The notes under the pieces were generated by a model. That model was not told where the DNA came from. It saw only the letters and a list, made by a program, of their open reading frames with translations, and ran no database searches. From the human T2T-CHM13v2.0 reference genome, Homo sapiens, in the NCBI RefSeq assembly GCF_009914755.1, contig NC_060935.1: DNA of 64,000 bases; one strand, given 5' to 3'. Every line of letters begins with the position of its first letter. Position 1 is the stretch's first letter. Below are positions 11,850 to 29,800 of the stretch, in pieces. A program made the translations under genes and the position numbers.

Positions 11850-14690
11850 ACAACAAATGCCACATGTAGCAAACACACAGCTAACATCATACTCAAAGGT
11901 GAAAAGTTGAAAATCTTTTCTCCAACATCAGGAAGAAGACAAAGATACTCATGTTAACCACTTCTATTCAACATAGTACTGCTAGTCCTAGCCAAAGCAA
12001 TTCGACAACAAAAAGAAATAAAAGGCATCAAAATTGGAAAGGAAGAGGTTTAATTCTGCCTGTTTAAAAAGAAATGGTTTTATATAGAGAAAACCTTAAA
12101 GGCTCCACCAAAAATTTTTTAGAACAAATAAACAAATTCAGTAAAATTGAAGAATACAAAATCAACATATAAAAATCTGTAGTGTTTCTATATAACAATA
12201 AACTATCTTTAAAAAATATAAGAACTTCCATTTAAAATAGCTACAAAAATAATTAGAAATACATTTAACAACGTGGGTGAAAAACATGCGCACTTAAAAA
12301 TATAAAACTCGAAAGTTATCAACATAGTAAGACTCTGTCTCTACAAAAGAATTTAAAAAATTGGCTGGGCATGGTAGCAGGTGTCTATAGTCCTTGCTAC
12401 TTGGAAGTCTGATGTGGGAGGATTGCTTAAGCCCAGGAGTTTGAGGTTACAGTGAGCTATAATTGTGACACTGCACTCTAGCCTTGGCTACAGAAAAATA
12501 CCCTGTCTCAAAATTAACAACAATAACAAAAACCCCAAAACTATAAAACATTGATAGAAGAAATTGAAGAAGACACAAATAAATAGATATTTTGAGTTGA
12601 TGTACTGCAAAAATTACCATTATTAACAAGTCCCTAATACCCAAAGAAATCTAAATATATAATGCAATCCCTATCAAAATTACAGTGGCACTTGTTATAA
12701 AAATAAAAACAAATCCTAAAATTTATATGAAATCACAAAAAACCATGAATAGACAAAGCAATCTTGAGTAAAGGGAAGAAAGCTGCAGACATCAACTACC
12801 TGACTTAAAAAAAAAAAAATATATATATATATATAGTACAAAGCTACAGTAAGTAAAATAGCACAAGAGTGGCATAGAAACAGACATAGACAGCAATGGA
12901 ACAGGACAGCAAGCCCAAAAATAAACCCAATTATTTACATTCATTTAGACTTTTCTACAAAGGTTTCATAAACACACAATGAGGAAAGGACAAACTCTTC
13001 AATAAGTGATATTGGGAAAATTGGATAACCACATACAAAAGAATGAAATTGGATGCTTATGTCTCACCATACACAAAAATAAACTCAAAATGGGTTAACT
13101 ATGTAAATGTAAGAATTGAAACTATTAGAAGAAAACAGAGGAGAATAGCTTCATGACGTTAGTCTAGACAGTGATTTCTGGATATGATGCAGAAGTACAG
13201 GAAGCAAAAGCTAAAATACACAAATGAAATTAAATTACATCAAACTAAAAAAAGTTTTTTTGTTTTGTTTTGTTTTGTTTTTTGTTTTTTTGATACAGTG
13301 TCTTGCTCTGTCACCCAGGCTGGAGTGCAGTAGCACAGTCTCGGCTCACTGCAACCTCCATGTCCAGGGTTCAAGCGATTCTCTTGCCTCAGCCTCTGAA
13401 GCATATGAGACTACAGGCGCCTGCCACCTTGCCTGGCTAATTTTTGTATTTTTAGTAGAGACGGGGTTTCACCATGTTGGCCAGGCTAGTCTTGAACCTC
13501 AGATGATCCGCCAGCCTCAGCCTCCCAAAGTGCTGGGATTACAGGTGTGAGCCGCTGTGTCCGGCCCAAACTAAAAAGCGTTTACGCAGCCAAAGAAACA
13601 TCAAAAGATTAAAGAGATATCAACAGAATTGGGAAATTATTTGCAAACCATGCATCTGATAAGGAGTTAATATGGAAAATATAAGGAACACAAACAATTA
13701 ATAGAAAACAAACTGATTTAAAAATAAAGGACCAGAAGAGCCATTTTTCAGAAGAAGATATGGAAACAATATGTATATGAAAAATGATCAGCCTCTGTAA
13801 TCACCAGGAAAATTGAAACCACAATGTGATATCACTTCACACCTTTTAGAATGGCTACTATCAAAAAGACAAAAGATAACAAATGTTGGAGAGGTTATGG
13901 ATAAAATAAACCCTTATACACTGTTGGTAAAATGCAATTTAGCATGGTCATTATGGAAAACTATACGGAGACTCCTCAGGAAGTTAAAAATAGAGCTAAA
14001 CATATGATCCAGCAATCCCACTATTAAGCAGGTATTAAAAAAATGGAAATCCGTGTTTCAAAGAGATATCTGAACTTCTATTTTCATTGCAGCATTATTC
14101 ACAATAGCCAAGATCCAAAATCAATCTAAGTGTCTGTAGATGGACGAACAGATAAAGAAAATGTGGTTTATATACACAATGCAACATTATTCAGCTTTTA
14201 AAAGGAACTAAATCCTGTCATTTCTGACAGTATTGATGCACATGACGGACATTATGTTAAGTGAAATAAGCCAGACCAGGCAGCAAAAGACAAACACCAC
14301 ATGATCTCACTCGAATGTAGAATCTAAAAAAGTTAAACTTGTAAAAGCAGAAGGTAGAATGGTGGGTACCAGGGGAAGGTAGGGAGTTTGGGAGATGTAG
14401 GTAAAATTAAACAAAATTTCAATTAGATAAGAAGAATAAGTTAAAGAGATATATTGTGCAACAGGGTGACTTAAGTTAATAACAATGTATTGTATTCTTG
14501 ACAATTATTTAAGAGAGTAAAATTTAAGTGTTCTAATCACAAAAAGATAAACATATGAGATAATCCATATGCTGATTAGATGAATTCAGGCATTCCAGAA
14601 TATATACATACTGCAAAACATTATGTTATACATGGAAAATATATATACTCTTCATTTGTCAAAAACATAAAGAACTTATAATTTTAAAAA
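11850..14690 (+). mobile_element. L1MA-like 3' ~2.5 kb, interrupted by Alu fragment (12315-12520) and Alu (13255-13566)
   Basis: ORF2 RT/C-terminal remnants and L1MA 3' UTR; paralog at 57020-59560. Confidence 0.85.
13255..13566 (-). mobile_element. AluS, pseudogene copy only
   Basis: TSD caaactaaaaa at 13241 and 13567; empty site at ~58394. Confidence 0.9.
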
Positions 14691-17600
14691 AATGTGGTCT
14701 GAGATCCTCATTTTATAATCTATACATTCTCATGCCATCAATTATAAGTTTAAAATAATAAATAAATCACTCTCAAATTTATAGATTGGACCTAGATGTA
14801 GATCTCGCTATTGAAACCCATACATGTGATAGACAATAAGACATCTCTTAACTATATCCCACAACCTCATTCAACTCAACTTTTACAGATGAACTGCTCA
14901 TTTATTCATTTCCAGCATTCATTCCCTTTTCCATTTACTGGTAAATGCCTATACTCCAACTACAAGAAAGCAGCAAATCCTGCTGATATTAAACCTCTTC
15001 AGCCTTCCTTATGTCTTATTTCCAGTCTCAATTCACATTGCATTGATTTTATTTGCTAAACATTTTCAGATTCTGACCACTTCCCTCAATTCTAATTGTT
15101 CATTACTTCTATCCAGGCCAACATCCTTTCTTTCTTAATAAATAAGTTGATAAGAACCTTGTAAACTGATTTTCCTTTCTATTCTATTCTTCACAATGAA
15201 GAGTGTTCCAATATCTATATTTGACCATGAAACCTCTCAGCTCATTCTAATCTAGGCCTACTCATTCACCCTCATCTTCTGATACTGTTCTGACCTTGTG
15301 CCTTATATTCAAAACACTCTGCCCTTCATTTAATTTCTAGAAATCCTCTACATTGGGATCTCTGTATTTCTAGACCCCACCTTCTCATTCCTTCTTGTTT
15401 GTCTACTGCTGTCTGTGTATCCTTCAAGTCTCAGATTAGACAGCACTTTTTTCATGGAATCCTGTCTGATTTTCTGAGGAGAGACAGTGTCAGAGTCACA
15501 TGCCCACAGGGCATGTTGCTTCTCCTTAGGATAGCATATCTTTTTCCCTTTATTTGTGATTCCCAGCCTACTTTTCAGTATTCACTACTAGATTTTATGC
15601 TCTGTGAGGACAGGGACCATGATCTATGCCTGTGCTAATTTTGGCATTCGAGGGATATTTATTAATTATATTCTAAATCACCAGTCAAGCGAATGTAGGA
15701 AGAAATGAAAAAAAAAATTAGGTGTGGCTCAACCCTTGTGGAATACTGTTTTCTATTAACAGCAAACCAGGTAAGTTCAATTACATTTAACAGACAAAAA
15801 GTGCACATTGGAAGTTTCAAGCAGAGGGAAGTCATATTCATTCTCCTATTCATTCAGGATTATTTAAGGAGCAGCAGCTCTTGAAACTGCTAGTATTGGG
15901 AGTACCATTTTGGAAACATGCTTACAGTCAAGAGGAAAGATTGACATGCAAATAAGTATAATGAAACACCTTTTAAGAATTTAAATATTGAGCAGATGCT
16001 CAAGAAAAGCATAAGCAAAGTGTGTCTCAGGTAGACAATAGCTGTCCAGATGAGGGATGGCTTGGCACTGAGACCTGAAGAACTGGTAGGAATTTGCCCC
16101 TTGGACAACTGGGGGCTGGTCTCCTGTCAAGGAGCAGTGTGAGAAGAAGCAAAAAGGCTTGAGGGTGTCTGATGTAACCAGAAAGTTAGGAGAGCTTGGC
16201 TTTAGAAGGAAAAGAAGTGTGCATCCGAGGCTGAAGTGGCAGTGATCAGAGACAGGGCAGGTATTTGAAGATATTTTCACAACCTCAGCATCACCCCACA
16301 ACCTCAGCGGATATTTTCAGAAAATTAGAGTAGTGGCAGAGTTTGAGAGTCATGCCAACCTGAGATCACTCCTCTCAACTGACTTTTGACCTAAAGCATG
16401 CTCTGAAGGCATTCTCTCAGAATCCCCTTCAACTATAATATGGCAATAATAGCACAACTGTATTGCTTGGTTTAAAATATTAAATCAGAGAGACTGCATG
16501 AAATAGCTGTCATATGGTAAGTATTTTTTAAAGAAACCATTATTATATGTATTTTTTTGTTATTGTAATAATCACTGAATGAAAGCTGCAGTGATAGTAA
16601 AAATGGAGAGAATCAATTAGAGGAAACAACTCACCAGCACCACAGTTTTGATTCCAGGCAGTGATGTAATGCTTAAACACTTTAAAGGATACTCTTCCTC
16701 AGAAGTTTTAGTTAACAATAGCTGACTAAAGTTGGTTGTTTATAATTATCAAACCACAACTTGTTTTTGACTACTGGCTTTCAATTTCTACTGTCTATTT
16801 TTTAATGCCTTGATTCAAATCCAATGACCTGTAACATCAGCCTGCTTGGCTGAAGAGGTAGCCATGTTTATGAATTTGACTAACTGATGCCTAGCCAAAT
16901 GCTTTATTAGTTTCATGAAGAAGACAAGTGAAGAAAACCACCAACCTCTATATTTTGGGAGCTTAAGTTAAATATTGTGAGGTGAAACATAAACCCCAGA
17001 GAGAATTATACTACAGGGAGAATCAAAGGAGAAAATAAACTCAACAAAGAGGAAGTAGGAGTGAAGTAAATACAGTAATTGTTTTATGAAGCTGAAATCA
17101 TACTTTACAGGGATTAATGGAAAAAAATGGATACACATATTTCAAAAGGTAGAAAAACTTGACTGAAAAATCATATTTTTAAAAACGCAATAGGGAGCAA
17201 CCATATGTTCCTGAGCAAAAAGAATTACATTAATAGATCACTAGCAGGTAAGCAGAGACAGGTAACTAACTGACTGACTTTCCTAATAATACTAATCTGC
17301 AGAAAAACCTATTCCAGATCAGCTTTATAGGGATTATCTGCAGATATACAGAAATTAATAAATGTCTGCAGGCTATTTAAGATTGATCTATTCAGGGTAA
17401 GGAAATGGGTAGTCATCTAATTTTTTTTATGTGACTACACATTACTGTGATATAAGGTTTAGAATCCACTGATCTAGTCCCATTTATTTTTCAGTGAGGA
17501 GAATGAAGCCAAAGAAGCGATATGACCTGCTGGAATACTATCTGTCTAAATAGCTCATGACTCTATCCCTTAGGCTTTTTCAGCTTCTATGTATAAGACA

Positions 17601-18223
17601 GGAGACCTGAAAGTTGTGTGCAGGAAGAATTGGAAGGTTAAGTCCTGGAGAGAGGGAGATCAATTAACAACAAAACAAAATAAAACAACTGTGATAGCAA
17701 CCAGTGAAATATTGCAGTAAAGTAGTCAGTACAAGGACTAAAGAGAAAGGGAGAAAAATGGAATAACTTTAAACAGACCAAGAATGTAATTCACAATAAG
17801 AGATGGCAAAGAGGGTGACGACAACTCAGAAGCTCTCATATCTGATTCTGGGAGAAAGGTTTATAATCTGGGCAATAATTTGGAAACAATAGAAAACAGA
17901 GAAAATTTCAGAGTGCATTTGGAAACTTCTAGAATTTTCTCACACAAATAATAACTTCCTCTGCTTTCTTCACTCTCCCTTTGATTACCAGAAGCTGAAA
18001 GCAGGGAATTAACTTCTTTCTAGCTAGAAGACATCTGGAGAACATATTCTCTCCTTCAGTGTCTAATACTAGCTCCCGTGATTCAAACTACACACAACCA
18101 GTAAGAAAAAAGATTCAGCATGCACTCTATTGGCCCATTTCATGTTTTGTGTTCATTACACAGCAATAAATAAAGTATTTTCTAAGATCCCAGTCCCAAA
18201 CTCCTATTCAGAAGAGGACTCAC

Positions 18224-18300
18224 CTGCCATAGATAACAGCCTCCGTCCTTTCTTACAGCACTGAAAAAAGGCTCAGACTGAAAAATGAAAGTAAACTGTG
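18224..18300 (-). pseudogene. CASP4LP: Pseudogene exon 1 (5' UTR + ATG GCA G)
   Basis: ...AAGGACGGAGGCTGTTATCTATGGCAG|GTGAGT; ATG at 18230-18228; same 7-nt coding exon 1 structure as CASP4; strong donor. 5' end approximate. Confidence 0.85.
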
Positions 18301-18450
18301 TATGTACTTATTGCAAAGAATGGAAATATGTAATCACAGATTGAGAGACTGCTGCTTAGAAATTCTAGGCTCATTGTCAAGAAATTCCTTGTCATCAGCA
18401 AATTGGCATCCAAGTACTGGACTCTAGTTTCTTCCCGTGGGAAGAAACAA
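18275..18450 (-). promoter_or_regulatory. Pseudogene proximal promoter region with IRF-E-like motif and palindrome
   Basis: GAAAAATGAAAGT at 18280-18292 (+); GGAATTTCT kB-like at ~18380-18388 (-); perfect inverted repeat 18427-18448. Confidence 0.5.
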
Positions 18451-20103
18451 AGAATGGAAACGACCAACATTGTTATGTGCGTTGACACTTCAGCCTGTTT
18501 TTTTCCCTCCTTTTCCTTTTCCTGCTCTGTAGTCCCCACACCTTCTTCTATCCATCTGTCTCCTCTTTTTGATCGCTCAGTTTTTGTTTCTCTAATCACA
18601 TAAAAACACAAATTCTGAAGGAGTTTAATCTAACAAGCCTCCTTTTATTTCCTCATAAGAATTAACCAGATAGTTTATATTTCCTGTTTAAACTGTGTTA
18701 TTGGATCCTGAAGGTGCCTTCGCTTTTCTGTCTCATTGTTGTCTTAACCTTTGGTGGAAATAGTGCTGAAGAAACCCTCTTCTCTACTCCATGGCATGCT
18801 TTCCTTTAGCTACCTAATATGGCCATAATATTTAATTTTTACCAAAAGTGAAAGTTTACCTCTGCTTTTTGATATTCCCTGAACAAAGGCTGATTGTAGA
18901 AGCAGTCTCAGGCTGTAGTACAATTAATGTGTGATTGTACAAAAGAGAGATGCCCAGAAGAATAGTTAGTAAAAGGAGAAAGTAAAAGACAGTGAGGTGT
19001 TGAACTTTGAAAGTTTTCAAGAGGTCAGAAATTCATCTTACCTTTTTTGAGTTTAGGATTAGAAGAGGCTCATGATTACAACCCAACTGGTTGTTCTTCC
19101 AGTCCTTCAAAATCTTCACAGCACTGAGTGACTGATTTGACCCTAAACTCTTTTTCCTTGCACAATGCAGGTGATGCAGGTGCATAATTTTGCATTCAGT
19201 GCACTGTAGTGTTTCTTCATAGTTGTATGTTCTGTCTGCTAATACTTTTATGTTTGTTGACTGTCATACCTTCTCAAGGAGACTGAGCTATTAGGGATGA
19301 AAGCGTTAATCAAAATTTACTTTGTATTTCTCAATTCTCTTAGCTAAAGGTACAGATATGCAGATCTTGTTCATGGATTTTTCAATAGTAAGCTCTGGGA
19401 TTTGGGAAAAAAGATCCCCTTTGCACACCATTCTGTCACTGTCATAACTGCCTTTCTTCTCCCCATCTCTCCTGCTAAGTTCTAAATTCTTTGAAGTCGG
19501 GTACCTGCTGTAATTTATATCTGTGTTCCTAAAGGAGAAAGCCCAGAAAATGGTTTATTAAAGAAAAAAAATGGTGCTATTAGCCAGTTCAGGTCTTATG
19601 AGTCAAGTCTAAAGACTAAATCCATAACCTTTTCTACATTCAGCTCCTGTTTTTTCAATGGGGTGAAAAACAACAACAAAAACATAGGACACCCTTTCGT
19701 TTTTATATCAGACTTAATGGAATGCTTAAGTAAATGTTTGTTTTTTTAACAGACATGACTCTAAAACCAGGTGCACAATGAGGGAATTCCTGACTTCCTA
19801 TGAGAAAAAAAAAAACATTTAAAAAATGGCCCCACTAAAAGATATGCAAGTTATAAAGTCACACCACCAGTGGTAATATACACACTCTGAAAAGGAAAGT
19901 GTCCACGCTGTGTGTAAATATTCCCCTGCTGAAATTAGAGAGAAACACCTAAAAGTGAGCATTCATAATCTTATGGTCACCTCAAAAATAATCAACTGAC
20001 CCACAGAAAGAGGGCACTAAGAACAGAACTTTGAGAGAAGAGCAATGTACACTGCACTGATCAGAAGGAAAATATTCCTTCAGTATTCACTGTTTATTAT
20101 ATT

Positions 20104-20258
20104 ACAGGTAGAGTACCGCTATTCCAAAATGCTGAGAACAAAAAGTGTTTTGGATTTCAGAACTTTCTGAATTTTGGAATATCCACATTATAATTACCAG
20201 GTGATCATCCCAAATCCAAAAACCTGAAATCTGAAATTCTTCAATAAGCATTTTCTTT
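20104..20258. mobile_element. Tigger4/MER46 (Zombi) DNA transposon, left part; continues 26581-26610 and ~38248-38310
   Basis: tacaggtagagtacc...ccaaaatgctgagaacaaaaagtgttttggatttc and atcccaaatccaaaaacctgaaatctgaaat...aataagcattttctttgaatatcatgtcaacactaaaaaagttt resemble the recalled Tigger4 consensus. Confidence 0.75.
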
Positions 20259-26563
<6,305 letters not shown>

Positions 26564-26871
26564 CAATAAGCATTTTCTTTGAATATCATGTCAACACTAA
26601 AAAAGTTTTACTTTGCTCAACAAAATACTAGCAAACTGAATACAACAGCACTTCAAAAGGTAGTTCACCACAGTCCAGTGCTCTTCATTCCCCGAATGCA
26701 AGGTTAATTCAGCATACACAAGTCAATAAATAAGATTCACCACATAAACAGGATTTAAAACAAAAACCAGACACAGAAAAAGCTGCTGATAAAATCCAAT
26801 ATCCCTTCATGATAAAAACTATTAACAAATTAGGCAGCAAAGAACATATATCAAAATAATAAGAGCCATCT

Positions 26872-29800
26872 AGGTGGGCAGGGCCAAGATGGCCAACTAG
26901 AAGCAGCAGCAAATCAGAGGCTCACATAGAAAAGAGCCATATTATCATGTGAATCCTTCAACAGCAACCAAGGTATCCAGGTTCTCTCATCAGAACTGAC
27001 TAGGTGGCTGGCGGGATTCCCAGAGAGGAAGGAAGACCAATGTGGTCTGGCAGGCTACCTGAGAGCCACAAGGGGCAGGGGAGCCCCACATCCCAGCCAA
27101 GGGAGGTGGTGAGTGAGCATGCTACACAGCCAGGGTAACCATGTTTTTTCCATGGACCTGCGCAACGCATGGGTCAAAAGATCTCACTCATGAACTCATG
27201 CCACCAGGGCCTAGGGTCCCAAACCTGGAGCGGGCAGATTTTCAAAGCCTCTCAGCTAGAATCAACTTAAGCTTGCCTAGTTTCCAGTGGGAGGGGCGAC
27301 TAGCACCACAGCTGTGGCTGCCTGCTCTCTAAGCCATTTGAATTCCTTGGGGGAGGGTCGGCAGCCAGCACTGAGACTCATAACTGCCTAACATGCTCAG
27401 CTCCCTAGGCAGGGGAAGGACCACATCTATCTCTATAGCTCCAGGCCATGCTTTTCCCCCGCTGGAGCCAGGGAGGCTGGACAGCTTAGTCCCAATAGGT
27501 GTCTCCCACAGCCCCACACACCAGCTGTGGCAGACTGTGGACAGAGTGCCTCTTCAGGGCTTACCCTGACCCATCCCACCTCACTGGGAGGGGCCTCCCT
27601 GCAAGAACTCCAACAACTCCAGCTAGAGGCTCAGGGACAGAACCCTGATCTCCCTGAGCCTGAGCCCCTAGGGGGAAGGCTGGCTGCAGTCTCCGTGGAC
27701 CAGCAGACTTAGCCTTTTTTACTGGTAGTTCTGAGGAATCCAGGCAGCCCAGATGAGTCGGTTCCCCCCAGCAAAGCAGACTCCCTCCACCAAAAGACAG
27801 TCAAAGTGCTTTGTTAAATGGGTCCTGTTCCCTGTGCTACCCAACAGGGTGAGACCCTCCATCAGGGTGAGACTCTCCAACACTTTATACAGGAGCAATC
27901 CTACGGTTATCAGATTGTTGCCCCTCAAGGTCAGAAGATCCCAGAAGAAGGAACAGGCACCCATCTTTGCTGTTCTCCAGCCTCCTTGAGTGACATCATC
28001 AGGTGTGGGGACAAACTAGATGAATAGGTCCCAAACCCCCAGCAAATCACAGCAGCCCTACAGAAGAAGGACCTGACCATTGAAAGAAAAACAAACAAAT
28101 AGCAGAAAGCAACAACAACAGCATCAACAAGAAAAACAGAAGTCTCCACAAAAACCATATCCAAGGGTCAGCAGCCTCAAAGATTGAAACTAGATAAACT
28201 CATGAAGATGAGAAATAATCAATGAAAAAATGCTGAAAACGCAAAAGGTCAAAGTGCCTCTTCTCCTCCAAATGATTGTAGTGCCTCTCCAGCAAGGGCA
28301 CAGAACTGGATGGAAGATAAGATGGTCAAATTGACAGCAGTAAGCTTCAGAAGGTAGGTAACATAAAACTCTGCCGAGGTAAATGAACATGTTCTAACCC
28401 AATGCAAAGAAGCTAAGAATCTTGATAAAAGGTTAGAGGAGCTGCTAACTAGAATAACCAGTTTAGAGAGGAACATAAATGACCTGATGGAGCTGAAAAA
28501 CAGCACGAAAACTTCGTGAACAATACACAAGTATCAATAGCTGAATTGACCTAGAAGAAGAAAGGTTATCAGAGTTTGAAAACTACCTTGCTGAAATAAG
28601 GCATCCAGACAATATTAGAGGAAAAAAAAATGAAAAGGAATGAACAAAGCCTCCAAGAAATATGGGACCAAGTAAAAAGACCAAGCCTATGATTGAGTGG
28701 AGTACCTGAAGGAGACGAGAAGAATGGAAACATGCTAGAAAATATACTTCAGGATATTATCCAGGAGAACTTCCCTAATCTAACAAGACAGGCCAGCACA
28801 CAAATTCAGGAAATACAGGGAACACCATTAAGATACTCCATGAGAAGATCAACCCCAAGACACATAATCATCAGATTCTCCAAGGTCGAAATGAAAGAAA
28901 AAATGTTAAGGGCAGCTAGAGAAAAAGGCCAGCCAACCTACCAAGGGAAGCCCATCAGACTAACAGCAGACCTCTCAGCAGAAACTCTACCAGCCAGAAG
29001 AGATTAGAGGCAAATATTCAATATTCTTAAAGAAAAGAATTTTCAACCCAGAATTTCTTATCTAGCCAAACTAAGCTTCATAATCCTTTCCAGACAAGCA
29101 AATGCTGAGGGATTTCTTCACCACCAGGCCTGCCTTAAAACAGCTTATGAAGGAAGCACTAAATATGGAAAGTAAAAACCAGTACCAGTCACTGCAAAAA
29201 GCACAGCAAATTATAAAGAACAATGACACTATGAAGAAAGTGCACCAACTAGTTTGCAAAATAGCCAGATAGCATCATGATGACAGGATCAAATTCACAC
29301 ATAACAATAATAACCTTAAATGTAAATGGGCTAAATGCCCCAATTAAAAGACACCGAATGGCAAATTGGATAAAGGGTCAAGACCCATTGGTGTGCTGTA
29401 TTCAGGAGACCCATCTCACATGCAAAGATACACATAGGCTCAGAATAAAGGGATGGAAGAAAATTTATCAAGCAAATGGAAAGCAAAAAACAAACAAACA
29501 AAAAACAAAAAGCAGGGGTTGCAATGCTAGTCTCTGATAAAACAGACTTTAAACCAACAAAGATCAAAAGAGACAAAGAAGGACATTACACAGTAGTAAA
29601 TGGATCAATTCAACAAGAAGAGCTAACTATCCTAAATATATATGCACCCAATACAGGAGCACCCAGATTCATAAAACAAGTTCTTAAAGACCTACAAAGA
29701 GACTTAGACTCCCACACAGTAATAGTGGGAGATTTTAACACTCCATTGTCAATATTAGACAAATCAACAAGATAGAAAATCAACAAGGATATTCAGGACT

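Larger units (their letters stand above)
154..15745. repeat. Tandem segmental duplication unit, homologous to ~41772-61102
   Basis: Colinear intronic and flank similarity from ttaactgtctcatatgaaaaatg (154 / 41773) to gtggctcaac...ggaata (15745 / 61102). Identity roughly 80-85% by eye, not computed. Confidence 0.93.
1665..18300 (-). pseudogene. CASP4LP: Unprocessed caspase-4-like pseudogene
   Basis: Colinear paralogs of CASP4 exons 1 and 3-9 with introns; CARD exon and QACRG missing; TAA at 9950-9952, TGA at 7697-7699, frameshift in exon 6. Symbol from recalled locus order. Confidence 0.9.

Noticed and set aside
1665-18300. Calling the left-hand gene CASP12 or CASP5
   Set aside because: Introns, flanks and exon peptides are colinear with the CASP4 copy in this window. 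It lacks a CARD exon and QACRG, and the peptides do not match CASP5 or CASP12 as I recall them.
18433-18443. STAT1 GAS site in the promoter palindrome
   Set aside because: Spacing is TTC-N6-GAA, not N3.
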